The notes: a model not told the origin generated them from the letters alone. A stretch of 63,221 nt of DNA, filler included, from Reticulomyxa filosa (GCA_000512085.1; 18 parts of 18 records of this genome joined end to end with filler, not necessarily neighbours in it), one strand, 5' to 3'; positions 22,293-34,809 are shown, counted from the first letter of the whole stretch. Program-made: numbers and translations.

Positions 22293-23370
22293 ATGACCAC
22301 GCCTGAACCCAAAGACTACGAATCAAAAATTCTTTGGCGTACCGTAATATTCATTCGTCATGGTGAATCTGTGTGGAATGAAAGCACAGATCAAGGTTTA
22401 CGAGCGCCTCTACAAGCAGCAATGGCAATGGGGCAGGGATTAAGAGAATACGCAACCCTGAAATGGCGAACAAACGAATACAAGCACGAAGACAGCTTAT
22501 TCGTGGACGCGCCGTTATCAGCAAAAGGGATGAAGCAAGCAAACGAATTAAGTGAGACTTTGAAAAAACATGCCAGCATTCGCGAACGACAAAAAACTTT
22601 TTTTTTGAGGCAGCATCAACAAGTTTTGAACTGTCGAACACAAACAGCTTTTTGGCATAGCATTACAGCAACACATATGTATATTTATGCACGTACGAAA
22701 AAAACAAACAAACACTTTGTTTGCAATTGTGGTCAAAACAGGTTGCCTCTCCAATCAAAGACGCTTATCGCGATCTGCAACAATGTACACATTTGTGTTG
22801 AGGGTAAAACGAAAAAAAAAATGTTTCACTTTGCAAGATTATGTCACCCAATCAAAAAACTCATACCAACACAGCAATAACAATAAGAAAAAAAAAGGGG
22901 GTGAAACATCTTTTTTATCTGAGAAAGAAAAAAAAAAAAAAAAAAACAGATAAAGCTGAAATGGAAGAAAAATTAAAGACCAGCGAGAAAAAAAAAACTT
23001 GGACGGAAAATGAATTAAACAATACAGACAAAAGCAGTGAGGACGGAGACGAAGCACCACCTTTGTATACGAGTGCAATGGAGCACTTGGAAGAAGCAGT
23101 GTTGAGAATGGAAATAATAATGACCAATGCACTGCCGCTGGACCCGTTTGACTGCATGGTATACAATCATCAACTGTTGCAACAACAAACGAAAAATGAA
23201 TCGGCCGATCTGTTCATTCGCAATGACATGCCTTTGGACCGAAATTACGTTTTCGATATCCTCAATGGGTTCAATGTACCGTCTATTGTTGCTTCGAGTA
23301 ATCTACGTCGCGCCATTTCGAGTTGCGTTGTTGCTTTGTGGTCAAGGCTAAAAATGTCCAATGAAAAAGT
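22293..23370 (+). CDS. Histidine phosphatase / phosphoglycerate mutase family protein, multi-exon, 3'-partial
   Basis: VIFIRHGESVWN, DAPLSAKGMKQA, then a long insert, then IVASSNLRRAISS. Confidence 0.85.
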
Positions 23371-23589
23371 TTAATTCAAAACAAAACAGAGCAATTTATT
23401 CTTGTCATAATAATAACAACATATACATATACATATACATATANNNNNNNNNNNNNNNNNNNNNNNNNNNNNNNNNNNNNNNNNNNNTTAATTAATTAAN
23501 NNNNNNNNNNNNNNNNNNNNNNNNNNNNNNNNNNNNNNNNNNNTATATGTATATATATATATATATGTGTATATACATATATGTATATG

Positions 23590-24000
23590 ATATGTATGTT
23601 TTGCAGCATGGAACAATTTTTGCAATTCAACTTTGTTGCTATTTAACATCAATTGTGGCTGTTGCTCTATTTCGTTTTCATTGCTTGCCTCAATAGCCAT
23701 CATTTGCTCACTTTCATCTATTGACCCCCTTTGCTTTCTTTCATTTTCCATTTTATTTTCATTACTTTTTTTCGGTCCCTTTTTTTTTTTCCCCCCACAC
23801 AAATACATAAATACACAAGTTCAATTGTTTCTTGCTATTCACTTTTTCATTTTATTTATTTTGTTTTTTGCTTGTCTTTAATTTGACGGGAACGCACTCA
23901 ACACCACAACCGACTCCTCATAGTTGAACATAAGGATATCGTCATCGGTCGAATTGCGGTCGTGACCGGCTCCACTTTCTTTAATGGTCATAGGGTTCAT
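23590..24000 (-). CDS. 5' exons of a hypothetical protein
   Basis: MNPMTIKESGAGHDRNSTDDDILMFNYE, followed by a putative intron and exon ENERKQRGSIDESEQMMAIEASNENEIEQ. Confidence 0.35.
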
Positions 24001-24518
24001 TGATGTATATCTATGCAAGCATTTAGTACAAACTCATTGCTAATGTTTCTTCTTTTCTTTTGTGTTTGCTCATTTGTTTGTTTTGTTTTGAGTCACATCA
24101 CACAAGGTCTACTTTTGTTTAAACAACCAAGCGTTACTGTGATATCTGCTTGTGGATCAAAATTTTCTAAAGAGTGGTAAGACGTAGTGTTTTACTATAT
24201 TAGCAAATTGGATGCTGCTTTTCCACCGAGGAAAAATAAAAATGGTGTTGACACGTTGATGGAAAATGGGAGGAGATCAAAAAAAAATTTTTTTTGAAAA
24301 CTGAACGAGTCTAGGGATCGCACTTGTCAATGAAATCGACCTTTATCCATTTGAAGAAATGTGTATTTGTAGGGTTTATTTTTATTACTTGCGGGTATTT
24401 AATTAAACCAAAGCAAAAACAATAAGAAAAACAGTGGCTCGGAAAGAAAGAGAGATATATGGGACAAAAAAAAAAAACACCACATGCATTGTATTTTTTT
24501 TATATAATTAAATCTTCG

Positions 24519-25331
24519 TTATTTAAACAATCCTCCGCACATGATACATTGAACAGTATTAAGTGAATTGTGAAATGTACAATAGTGACAACTCCACCAG
24601 CCCTCTTGTTCTTGACGAGTTTTTCGTCGATTTTGATAGTACAACCAGTCAAGTTTGAGGTCATTTTGAAGCTCTGTGGTTAATTGTTTCAATTTGCCAA
24701 TATCGACATTGTTGGTCTTCACCTCTGTGTTTTTGTTATCCTTGTTGTTATTATTATTGTTATTATTGTTATTATTGTTGTTATTATTATTATTATTATT
24801 GTTGTTGACATTATTGTTATTATTATTGCCATTGTTATTATTGTTATTGTTGTTGATGCTATTGGTAGTACTGTTGTTGTTGTTGTTATTATTATTATTA
24901 TTATTACTATTGTTGTTGATAATGGCATTGTTCATATGGTTTGTGACAATAATGATGCCATCTTTCTTTTCAGTTCGATCGAGTTCATTCATGGCCAAAG
25001 AGTTGAAAAGGGGTATTCCACTGCCAGAACTCAGGCTATTATTCAAGTTGACGCCAACGCCATTGTGGATATGACTTCCCCCATTTACAATCATTCCACC
25101 AATGACATTGGCAAGGACATTTTCGTGCATTTTCATGTCCCCTTTCATCATCAGCAGTGTTTTGTTGTCCTGGTCCAGTTTTTTATCCCGGCCAATCATG
25201 TCAAATCCAGTTCTGTCTTCCATCGACAAAACAGAAGGTATGGTTAAGTCTTTGGTTGGGATGATTATGTTGTTTCCAAGTGAATTGTCCAAATTTATCG
25301 ATAGATTTCTATTCAACGAACTGGCAACTAC
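24519..25331 (-). CDS. Last exon of an Asn-rich protein ending in a RanBP2/NZF-type zinc finger
   Basis: WWSCHYCTFHNSLNTVQCIMCG fits W-x-C-x2-C-TF-x-N-x6-C-x2-C. Long poly-Asn tract. Confidence 0.8.
   Translation of the reverse strand, partial: VVASSLNRNLSINLDNSLGNNIIIPTKDLTIPSVLSMEDRTGFDMIGRDKKLDQDNKTLLMMKGDMKMHENVLANVIGGMIVNGGSHIHNGVGVNLNNSLSSGSGIPLFNSLAMNELDRTEKKDGIIIVTNHMNNAIINNNSNNNNNNNNNNNSTTNSINNNNNNNNGNNNNNNVNNNNNNNNNNNNNNNNNNNNNKDNKNTEVKTNNVDIGKLKQLTTELQNDLKLDWLYYQNRRKTRQEQEGWWSCHYCTFHNSLNTVQCIMCGGLFK
24742..24921. repeat. (AAT/AAC)n trinucleotide repeat encoding poly-Asn
   Basis: Mixed tta/ttg triplets on the plus strand. Confidence 0.9.
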
Positions 25332-25335
25332 ATTA

Positions 25336-25370
<35 letters not shown>

Positions 25371-25599
25371 NNNNNNNNNNNNNNNNNNNNNNNNNNNNNN
25401 NNNNNNNNNNNNNNTTAATTAATTAANNNNNNNNNNNNNNNNNNNNNNNNNNNNNNNNNNNNNNNNNNNNAAAAAAAAAAAAATTTAGGTAAGGTAGTTT
25501 TTTTTTTTTTTTTAAATTTACTAAAAAAAAAAAATTCAATTTACCCCTTTTTTTTTTTTTTTTTGAAAGTTCCATGATTTCAACTTTACACACAACTTT

Positions 25600-25874
25600 A
25601 GAATATTGACTACATGGTGACCGCGACGCAACTGAATCAGACTTGCGTTGAAGTCCCTGTTTATGCAATAGAAAATGACCAAGATCCGGGCATTATCGAT
25701 GACAAGTCCAAGCTGTTAGGGACCATTTCCATTCAATTGCCCTCCGATTTTAAGCACAAAACTGAAAAAATCACTGTAAGGTTTTATTTTGGGGACACTA
25801 CTATTAAAGTCTCCGCTATTCTTCGTGAGAAAGCACAAAAAACTGATGTCAAAATTACTTATGCTCAAAAGTGA
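25600..25874 (+). CDS. C-terminal exon of an HSPA12-like atypical Hsp70
   Basis: KLLGTISIQLPSDF...KITVRFYFGDTTIKVSA matches the HSPA12 C-terminal pattern LGxLxxxLP...IxVxxxFGxTxIxV. Confidence 0.6.
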
Positions 25875-26319
25875 TTTGAAAAATTGTTTTTTTTTTGCCG
25901 ATTGTTCAATTCTTTTTTTTCCCTAAAACAAGGCTTAATTTTCTTCCATTTTATTTGGATGAATATCCTTGAAAAACTTTTTTCGGATTTGTAACAGTTG
26001 GTATGCCAGCTTTACAATTGCTTGTTCAAAGCACAATGTTTTGTCACAAAAATGAATGCTATCGATTACTTTATTAAAGTTATTGTCGTCTTTTCCAAAT
26101 GCTAAAGAAACTAGCCAAAAACGGTATTACAGTCAAAGGCGTCGACATCACTTTTCCTTCGTCAAGATCTAAGTAATTTGTCAGTTTGCTCTCTTCAATT
26201 TGTCAGAAAAGCACTCACATGAAAGAGAAAGAAATAAAAAATCTCGAACTGACGCCTTTTAAGAACTACAATATTATTTTAATAAATGTTTCATATATTA
26301 TGATATTCTTATTTTTGTT

Positions 26320-27880
26320 TTCATTGGAAAAAATGTTTTTTTTACTTTTCAAAAAATGAAAATTTTTCAAACACAAATATTGCCATTTAAAAAAGTGTTA
26401 TTGATGAACAATCATAAATATCGTCCAAATTATATTTATTTATTTTTAAATTTAAACAAATCTCACTACACCAACATCAGTTTCAAATAGAACTTGAATC
26501 AAGTTGATAAAATAACTAAATAAATGGACTGTATACAGAAAAAAACACATGAACTACACTTTTTAGAAATTAAATTTTAATTTTTGTTTTATTGTTGAAG
26601 GTATCAAACCAAAATATAATTTTTTTTTAAATACAATTTAATTGTCCATTGAATCTGAAAAACAACGTCTTTCCCAAGAGCACATTTTTGCTTATATTCT
26701 TTTTTCAAAGGAAAATTTGATGTTGTGATACAATTAAACAATAAAAAAAGAATTTTCTCTTTCTAAATCTATTCTTCAGTAAATGGTAATGCAATACAAA
26801 ATTCTAATTATCTTTTTGCTCTACGCAATGAATAACATCAAGATGAAATTTATTCAGTTTTTAAAAAAGGAAATGCTTCATATTATATTCGTTTTATAAT
26901 AAGACAATATTAAAAGTATATTTTTCAGCGTCTATAAAAACATGCGAGCAAAACAATAAAATGCCTTTCGGTGATTTCACTCAAAAAATAAAAGTCTGGT
27001 TTATCTTATTAACAATTGATTTATCGGACTTGCGTAAGAGCGTTAATAAGAAAAAACGATCGAAAAGTGATAAAAAGAAAGATATTGATTGTATGAATTT
27101 AGAGCATCCAAACTTAAAAAAGCTTGTTTATTTTCGGTTTTTTATGACAGAAGAACCAAAAACGTTTTCAAAAAAATCCGACATAATCATTACTGTAAAC
27201 TATCCTAATGATGACAAAGCATATTTTAATTTTCTGATTTTTGAAACGAAATGATTGCTTGCATAATTAATTGTTTTATTTCAGAAGATGTTATTTTTTT
27301 GTTTTACTGAAGAAGAGGCCTCTTTTTTTAAAAAAAGAAAAATTTGGAACTACCCCTTTTTAAGAAAAACTTTCGTAATTATGTTATTTTTATTAAAATT
27401 TTTATTTTACTTCCATTGATGCAATTTTTTTGGTTGTGGAAAAATTTTCACTTTAAAAAAATACATATAAAATTTATCAAATATTAATATTGTTATTTAA
27501 AAAAGTGTTACAGATGAACAACATAATATTTATTTAATTTTTAAGTTCAGATTTAAATGATATCTCACACTAAAAAACATTATCCACTTATAAATAGAAT
27601 TTTGAACAATTAAATTAAATTTTGTCAATTAAATTCATATCTTATACCAAAATATCGTTTACAAACTTTTGTATTTCGGTTGATGTTTGAGATTTTTAAT
27701 TAAATTAATAAAACTGAGATAAACGATAATTATATAAATAAATGACCTTGCACAAAAAAAGCACAAACATTGCACTTTTTAATTTAAAAGGTCGTTTATA
27801 GATAAATGTTTTTTGAATTAAATTTTAATATTTGTTGCAAAGATGACAACATTATTGAAGAATATCAAATCCAAACATCA
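26320..27880 (+). repeat. Degenerate direct duplication (~26320-26620 versus ~27430-27880)
   Basis: tattgccatttaaaaaagtgttattgatgaacaa versus tattgttatttaaaaaagtgttacagatgaacaa, followed by further colinear blocks (atctcac, aaataaatg, aaattttaa, tgaag..tatcaaa). Confidence 0.65.
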
Positions 27881-28412
27881 TTAAAAACTTTATTTTTCAG
27901 ATCACTACTAACAATCAAACTGCACAAAAAATGTCTATGGAAAAACTTATAATACTTAATATTCTTTTATATTTGTAATTGCTATATCATCGAAATTTAG
28001 CATTATACAAAATAAATATGTTTGTTGGATATACGTATTTATAACTAGTTGTAATATTTTTTGTTTAGTGTACTGAATAAGACTACAAGACCTAGACAGA
28101 TACCCAAAGGCATTTTTAACGTTACCCAAAATCTGACTCAAAAAAAGATGGTACAATCAAACACTACAAGAAGAACTGTTCTTTCTGACCTGGGATATTT
28201 ATGTATGGTGATGTTTTCCTCAAAAAAAAGTGCTATGCAACATAAAAATTCGATCAGATTTCATCACAGTTTACCAATATCTATAATACTGTGTTTTTTT
28301 CGTGTTACTGCAATGAATGTAAAGTTCAACGAACTTTGTTCGCTTTTTCAAAAAAGGAAAACAACTCCGAAATCCAAGGAGAAAAAAAGTTCTTGAGTTT
28401 CCCTTGGCAGAA

Positions 28413-29651
28413 ATGGCTGAGAATAATATTCTTGGAAAAACAACCGAAATGACAAGACAAAAATTGAAAGACCATTACAACTCTCAAGACAAACTAGTCC
28501 CATTATTTGATGATCCTCCACAGTCAGTTAGCCACCTTTATGTTCGGTTGGCCATTTTAGCTCAACAACAGGTTCAAGAAAGAAAAGGCAAAACGTCAAA
28601 TAAAAACAACAAAGAAAGAAAAGGCAAAATGTCAAATAAAAACAACGAAGAAAAAAAAGGAAAATCAAAAAAAGATCAAGAATGGTCGAGCACAGTAGAC
28701 TATTCATTAATTTATGGTGAGCAAATATTGATTGATGAAAAGCAAACATTGAGTTATGAAGGGCAAAAAACAATAGAATTAGAAGATATTTGGAAAGTAG
28801 AAAAAAGTAAAAAAAAGGAAAAAGATATTGAAGGAAAAAAACTAGAAGAAGAAGATGAATTAGAATTACGTCACATTAGTATTCATGGAGAAGAAGAAAG
28901 TGAATTAAAATTACGTCACATTAGTATTCATGGAGAAGCAGGGACTGGTAAAAGTGTGTTGTCTCAAAGAATTGCATATCTATGGGCAAATAACCAAATA
29001 TGGAATGATAGATTTCAATTATTATTGCATATTCCTTTGAGAAAGATTGCAAATATTTTTGATGAAGAAAACAATGACAAAATCGAAAAGCAATGGACAA
29101 AAATAATGAAAGAATTGAATATTCCACATTGTGATGAAAATGATACAAAATGTATAATGCGTGCAAAAGATGGGTTGTTGTTGGTATTGGACGGATTTGA
29201 TGAAATTGTAAATGAGTTAAACACAAAACTGGGTTTGAGACAGTGGTTGCAACTTTGCATTTCAAATACAAACTATTCCATTATTATGACAAGTCGTCCC
29301 AATGCAATGTGTTCATATTTGGATAATAAAGTAAGAAGACTCAGTGTCATTGGATTTCAAACACGAGATATTCAAAATTATGTTTATGTATATTTTCGAA
29401 ACATTACAAATGATGTCAACAATAATCATCAAGCAAATGCATTGATAAGAGCATTGCACTGTAATTCAAGTTTGCAATTATTGAGTCATACTCCATTGTA
29501 TTTACGTTTACTTTGTTGTCTTTTAAGACAGGAAATGAATAAAACAAATGAAACCAAAGAGAAAAAAGAAGACAAATTATTAGATGAATTAAATGGGATA
29601 TCTATTTCAAAATTGTATGAGAAATTGTTGGAATGTTATATGAAATGGAAT
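28413..29651 (+). CDS. Intronless NACHT-domain STAND NTPase, 3'-truncated
   Basis: Walker A IHGEAGTGKS, LLHIPLRKI, Walker B LVLDGFDE, IIMTSRP, IGFQTRDIQNYV, and HTPLYLRLLC. Confidence 0.9.
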
Positions 29652-29751
29652 NNNNNNNNNNNNNNNNNNNNNNNNNNNNNNNNNNNNNNNNNNNNTTAAT
29701 TAATTAANNNNNNNNNNNNNNNNNNNNNNNNNNNNNNNNNNNNNNNNNNNN

Positions 29752-29787
<36 letters not shown>

Positions 29788-29820
29788 TATACGTTGCAAT
29801 TGCAACTGTAATTTATTATA

Positions 29821-31195
29821 GTTAACACAAATGGGCCATGAAACTGAAGAGTCCAGCCAAGGCATCCAGTTTTCTCGCAGCAGTAGCCAGCACAAAAGAG
29901 ACGAGAGACTGCGACGGGTGATGAACAAGCAAACAATACTGGTGGTGATATGCGTGCTATCCACGCTGATCTATTTGGTCGGGGCGTTCAAAGAACAGTC
30001 CACTTTCTTGACGCCCATCGACTGCATCGTCAACGCCTTCTGCGTCTGGTTCATGTTCCGCTTCGCTGACGTCCTGTGGAACTACTTGGTGTCCCTTTGC
30101 TGTTTCTGTGGACGTCACAAATGGGCCAACTCTTTTATACAAAGGTTTTCAAATATATGTATTTTTATATATTTATTTATTTATTTTATTTGTATATGTA
30201 TGTATATGTACATATATATACTTATTTCTACACACAATAAAAATGATAATGATAATAATAATATATATATGTATATATGTATATATGAAAGAGCGAGTAG
30301 TGCTTCTATACTAGCTACGCGCACATCGAAAAGTCCAACGCTGAGTGGTCTCCCAGGATTGGATCGCCCTCCGTCGGCGCGCACAGACAGTCAAGAACAC
30401 TCCACGGTAGTAATGTTCACGCGCAACAAGACCATCAGCAGCGCTTGGGAACGAAATCACAACAGCAATGGACAACCCAATCTGAAAATTCGAACTAGTC
30501 CGCTGCAATTGAATCCACAATCGTCCTACTCATCACCATTGCAACAACATCAACATCAACATCAAGGACATGAGCAACGTCAACATGAACATGAACATGA
30601 ACAACAAAATCAACAACAAGACCAACAACTACAACAATCTGAACATATATATTCTCAATCCCAAGAACAAGCTCGACGTCAAAACAATGGACAAGAACAA
30701 GGACATGAACAACACGAAAATCGACAGTCGCAAGAATTTCAATTGCTTGGACTTAGTGCGAAACCGAGACAGACAGAATCGAATGTGAGTGAATACACAT
30801 TGGACAAAGACAGCTATGATGCCCATCCCGCCGCGAATGACCCCATTCCACCACTGACTCCGAACGACCCTTTCAATCGCAATCCCGATGTGGAATTGGC
30901 GAGGGTTACCGAAGAGCCCTTTGCTCTCAATGATGACACCGTCTCTCCTCTCTCTCCCCTTCAACACTCCAATCACTCCACCATTTTCCATACACATCAA
31001 TTGCTGCATGGACTCGCTCCCTCCCACAGTCAAAATGTATCATATATGTATATGCATATACATATATATTTATATATACATATATAGGTTATGTATGTTG
31101 GTTTTTGATTGCGTCAGAAAAACAGTGAAACCAAACACTCTGATGACATTGATGTCGATGAACATGGAATCATTGACCCTAAACCACAGTCTCAA
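29821..31195 (+). CDS. 3' part of a 7TM/GPCR-like membrane protein with a long His/Gln-rich cytoplasmic tail
   Basis: Two hydrophobic helices (KQTILVVICVLSTLIYLVGAF; TPIDCIVNAFCVWFMF), an amphipathic helix and CCFC cluster, then an S/P/Q/H-rich tail. TA-rich introns. Confidence 0.5.
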
Positions 31196-31467
31196 TGATT
31201 TAACTTCTTACCCATATTATTAGTTTCTCACGTTTGTTATACTATATCATTTTTCAATCTTGTTTGTGTTTTGTTGTCACTGTTGATCTATTATATTTCA
31301 TTCCATACATTAACACGTGAGATTGTAGTAAAACATATTTTTCCTTCTTTTTCCCTCTTTTTTTTTTNNNNNNNNNNNNNNNNNNNNNNNNNNNNNNNNN
31401 NNNNNNNNNNNTTAATTAATTAANNNNNNNNNNNNNNNNNNNNNNNNNNNNNNNNNNNNNNNNNNNN

Positions 31468-31503
<36 letters not shown>

Positions 31504-31506
31504 AAA

Positions 31507-31767
31507 GAATATATCTTTTATGCCCACGGCGAATGGTGGTATGGCAATGCCAAGTGAAATGACGTACGCACCTTCTTTGCCGACGCGAAGCCCAGCGTTA
31601 GCTATGCTTTCAGGGACTGTCCCCACACAAACACAAGGGTATGCTATGCAGCAAACAATAACATCACAGGTATTGGGCGGGTTGTTGGTGTTGTCAGTTT
31701 GAGGAAACTTTTAATCACAAAATTGCAAAATGAGTTCAAAATTCATCTTGCAAAAAAAACCGATCAA

Positions 31768-31805
<38 letters not shown>

Positions 31806-32670
31806 AAAAATGTGAGGTGTTTTGTATTGCTTTTCATTTTGTGATTGGGGATGGACTATATTTTAATTGTAGCCTATAATGACTCCTCTGGCCACCTATC
31901 ATGGACAAGAAAAGACAATACCTAATGGGTCACAATTGTCTTCTTCATCTTCTTTGTTGTCGTCATCTCCTTGTCCTAGTGCCGGTGTCAATGCTAATGC
32001 GAATAACAATGCCATTACGAATGCGAACGCTGGGGGAAATATACCCCACAATGTGGGTATGAACGCCAATGTAAATACGGCAATGGGCTTACATTCTAAT
32101 GGCAACTTACGAGGAGGAGGAGGAGGAGGAGGGTTCACAATACCGCCGAATGCCACTGCGTTTTTTCATCACATTCACCAGCATGGGTATATCCCTTCAA
32201 ATCTTCCCGCTTTGACAGCGATGATGAATGCCAATGCATCCACGACTGATTCTTCGTCGGACACTAGCATGGCCGACAATGCACCTAAAAAAAAAAAGTT
32301 TTGCCAATGTTGTACGAACACATATACACTCCACTCAGAGTAATTCTATGAAATGCATTGTTGTGTATGTCTGCACATTTGCCATGGGTGGGAGATAATT
32401 GTAGATTCCAGATTGGTTGCAAAAGATGCTGAAGCAAAAAGAGGAGAAGAAAAAACAAGAAGAAAAAGACAAGGAAAAGGAAGACGACGCAAAAAACAGT
32501 GGTTGTGGACAGAAGAGGCGCCCATGCAGCGAGCGAAAAACGCTTTGCATGTGTCCGCTTATGACATCTTGACCACCAAAAAAAGAAACAAATTCATATC
32601 CAGTGGCTTTGTTGTTCAACCATCCAAAGAAGACACGCAAATGGTCGACGCCAAACGCGGGCGAAAAGTG
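31507..32670 (+). CDS. Internal exons of a low-complexity hypothetical protein
   Basis: GC-richer exon-like blocks (Ser/Asn/Gly-rich; basic RRKRQGKGRRRKK NLS-like stretch) between poly-A introns. Confidence 0.45.
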
Positions 32671-32761
32671 TCCTTTTTATTGGTTTGAACGATTTTATTT
32701 GTCTTCTTTTGCGCTTGTTTATTTGTCTTTTCGAGTTCTACTAACTATCGAAAGAGTGCAC

Positions 32762-32803
<42 letters not shown>

Positions 32804-32905
32804 GTNNNNNNNNNNNNNNNNNNNNNNNNNNNNNNNNNNNNNNNNNNNNTTAATTAATTAANNNNNNNNNNNNNNNNNNNNNNNNNNNNNNNNNNNNNNN
32901 NNNNN

Positions 32906-33063
32906 CTTATCATAAAACCAATTTCATATTTAAAAACTACAAGATTAGTAGATATTTTTTAAAAAAAAAATTATGTTTAAATCTTTATTTTTCATTGAGA
33001 AAATCGATTCTCTTCGTATAGTGCCATTTAGGTATGTCAGTTTTTTTTGCAATCTACTGTATT
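32906..33063 (+). repeat. Dispersed AT-rich non-coding repeat, copy 3 (at contig start)
   Basis: Matches the reverse complement of 6265-6371 with a ~9-nt indel, and also matches 12121-12281. Confidence 0.8.
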
Positions 33064-34069
33064 AAGTATATCTTTAGTCAATTCGGCAGACAATATACAC
33101 TAATAATTCTACATCAAAATTATGCTAATATCATATAGTCTCTCACCTGGAATTTAACTTGCCATTATAATAGACAAAATTCAACAAGCAAACATCTCGC
33201 GAAATATTGCATCTTGCAATATTGTCGCAAATTGTATAACACATGTTTTAATTTTATAAATTGTATTGACAATATCTACTGCATTTTTGTTCGACGATTT
33301 GCAAATAATAATATTTTATCAATAAATGTATTTGTGTACAAATAGCAGCCAATGTTCATATATTTCTGATTTTAGTTCGAATATTTCTCTATAATTGAAG
33401 CGCAATCTTTCAACTTGCCGATTGTACGGCCAAAGTCATATGGTGACAACAAAGAATACACCTTTCAGTTTTTTTGTTGGGTTTTGGTTTGTCAACACTA
33501 CTTCAGTTTTACTAAGTGTCAAACAAATTTAACATTAATACTTTTAAAATGTTGACAGTCACTCTGTAAATATCAGCAATATCGAAACATGAAACGAGAC
33601 TGCAAACTACTACAAGTATACTGTAAAATGCAAAACACAACAATAAGACAGTTTTGTTTAAGACACTTGAGCACAATGTTCAGTTTACCAAAAACTTTTA
33701 CTGACTATGAAACGGTGATATATCAGACATTGTTTACAAAGTTTTCTTTTTTTAATACTATGTCGAAATTGTAAAAACGCTTTTGCTAATTCCTACTATG
33801 AAGACTAAAAAATATTTGTGTACGTACCGCAATAATTGTTTTAAAACCAAAAACTCTATGCTTGGAATGGTGGAGTCTCAACGTGAAATGACATTCTTGA
33901 CACTTGCTAAAGAGCAAATGGAAAAGATTTGAAATTTACTCAAATGACAACAAGTAAAAATTTGAGAGAGTACGATTGATTACTAAAAAAAACTTGTTCC
34001 CTCAGTTATCAAATGAAATACAAGCACAAATTGTACCATAAACACTTTTCGTTACAAATTTGTTCAAAA

Positions 34070-34549
34070 TCAATGACCAGAAGTGGAAAGTCTTCGTCTT
34101 TTAGATCGAACAACAGCTCTATTATGGCTACGTCTGTTTCTGGTTGGGGCTGTCGATCTTGGCTTTTTCGTTCTTGTTGTTTTTCGTTTGGCTGTCTTCT
34201 TGGGCTTATTGCTCTTTGTTTTAGAACTCTTTGTTTTCTTCGGACTTTTAGAGGAGCTTTTTCTTCTTGCTGTTGTCTTTTTGGTTGTGTTCCTGGAACT
34301 TTCCGGTTTTTTGGTTTTTTTCATCTTCTTCCCCAACTTAAAGCGTTGCGTCGTTTCACCTTGCTGCAAATATCCTTTCTCTAAGCCTGTGGCAAGAGCT
34401 TTTCGCAGATGAGCGTTAAGCATCGCGTTCTTTTCTTTTTTGTAGTGTTCGCAAATGAAATTTGCAATTGCTATTCGCGAAGAGCCATGGGGGTGATGGA
34501 GTTGACCAATTGCCTCCAAAACAAGTTCCAAATAGGTCATTTGGGACAT
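34070..34549 (-). CDS. H1: Linker histone H1/H5 (winged-helix globular domain plus basic tail)
   Basis: TYLELVLEAIGQL...GSSRIAIANFI...LRKALATGLEKGYLQQ...RFKL, followed by a K/R/S/T-rich tail. Intronless, 159 aa. Confidence 0.88.
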   Translation of the reverse strand: MSQMTYLELVLEAIGQLHHPHGSSRIAIANFICEHYKKEKNAMLNAHLRKALATGLEKGYLQQGETTQRFKLGKKMKKTKKPESSRNTTKKTTARRKSSSKSPKKTKSSKTKSNKPKKTAKRKTTRTKKPRSTAPTRNRRSHNRAVVRSKRRRLSTSGH

Positions 34550-34809
34550 TATTCACAAATTCAGAACGACTATACAACCAAAAAAAACAAAACGAACGGG
34601 CGAAGGAAAGAGTTTTTTTAACTTGCGCACTCGGCGGAATTAAAAAAGCCTTTTAAATTTTTGCATTGAAAAAAAGTATATTTAATACCATAAAAGTGAA
34701 ATTTGACTAAACAAACCAGCAGAAACAAGCAACAAAATAAAGTTTTTAAAAACTCCTTACAGAAAAAAGTTAAATGTGCTCACAGTTAAAATCTTACCTC
34801 AAAGAAGTA

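Noticed and set aside
24676-25247. Poly-Leu and poly-Ile/Val membrane-protein-like ORFs
   Set aside because: Antisense frames of the poly-Asn trinucleotide repeat.
34013-34412. Hydrophobic plus-strand ORFs
   Set aside because: Antisense of the Lys-rich histone H1 tail.
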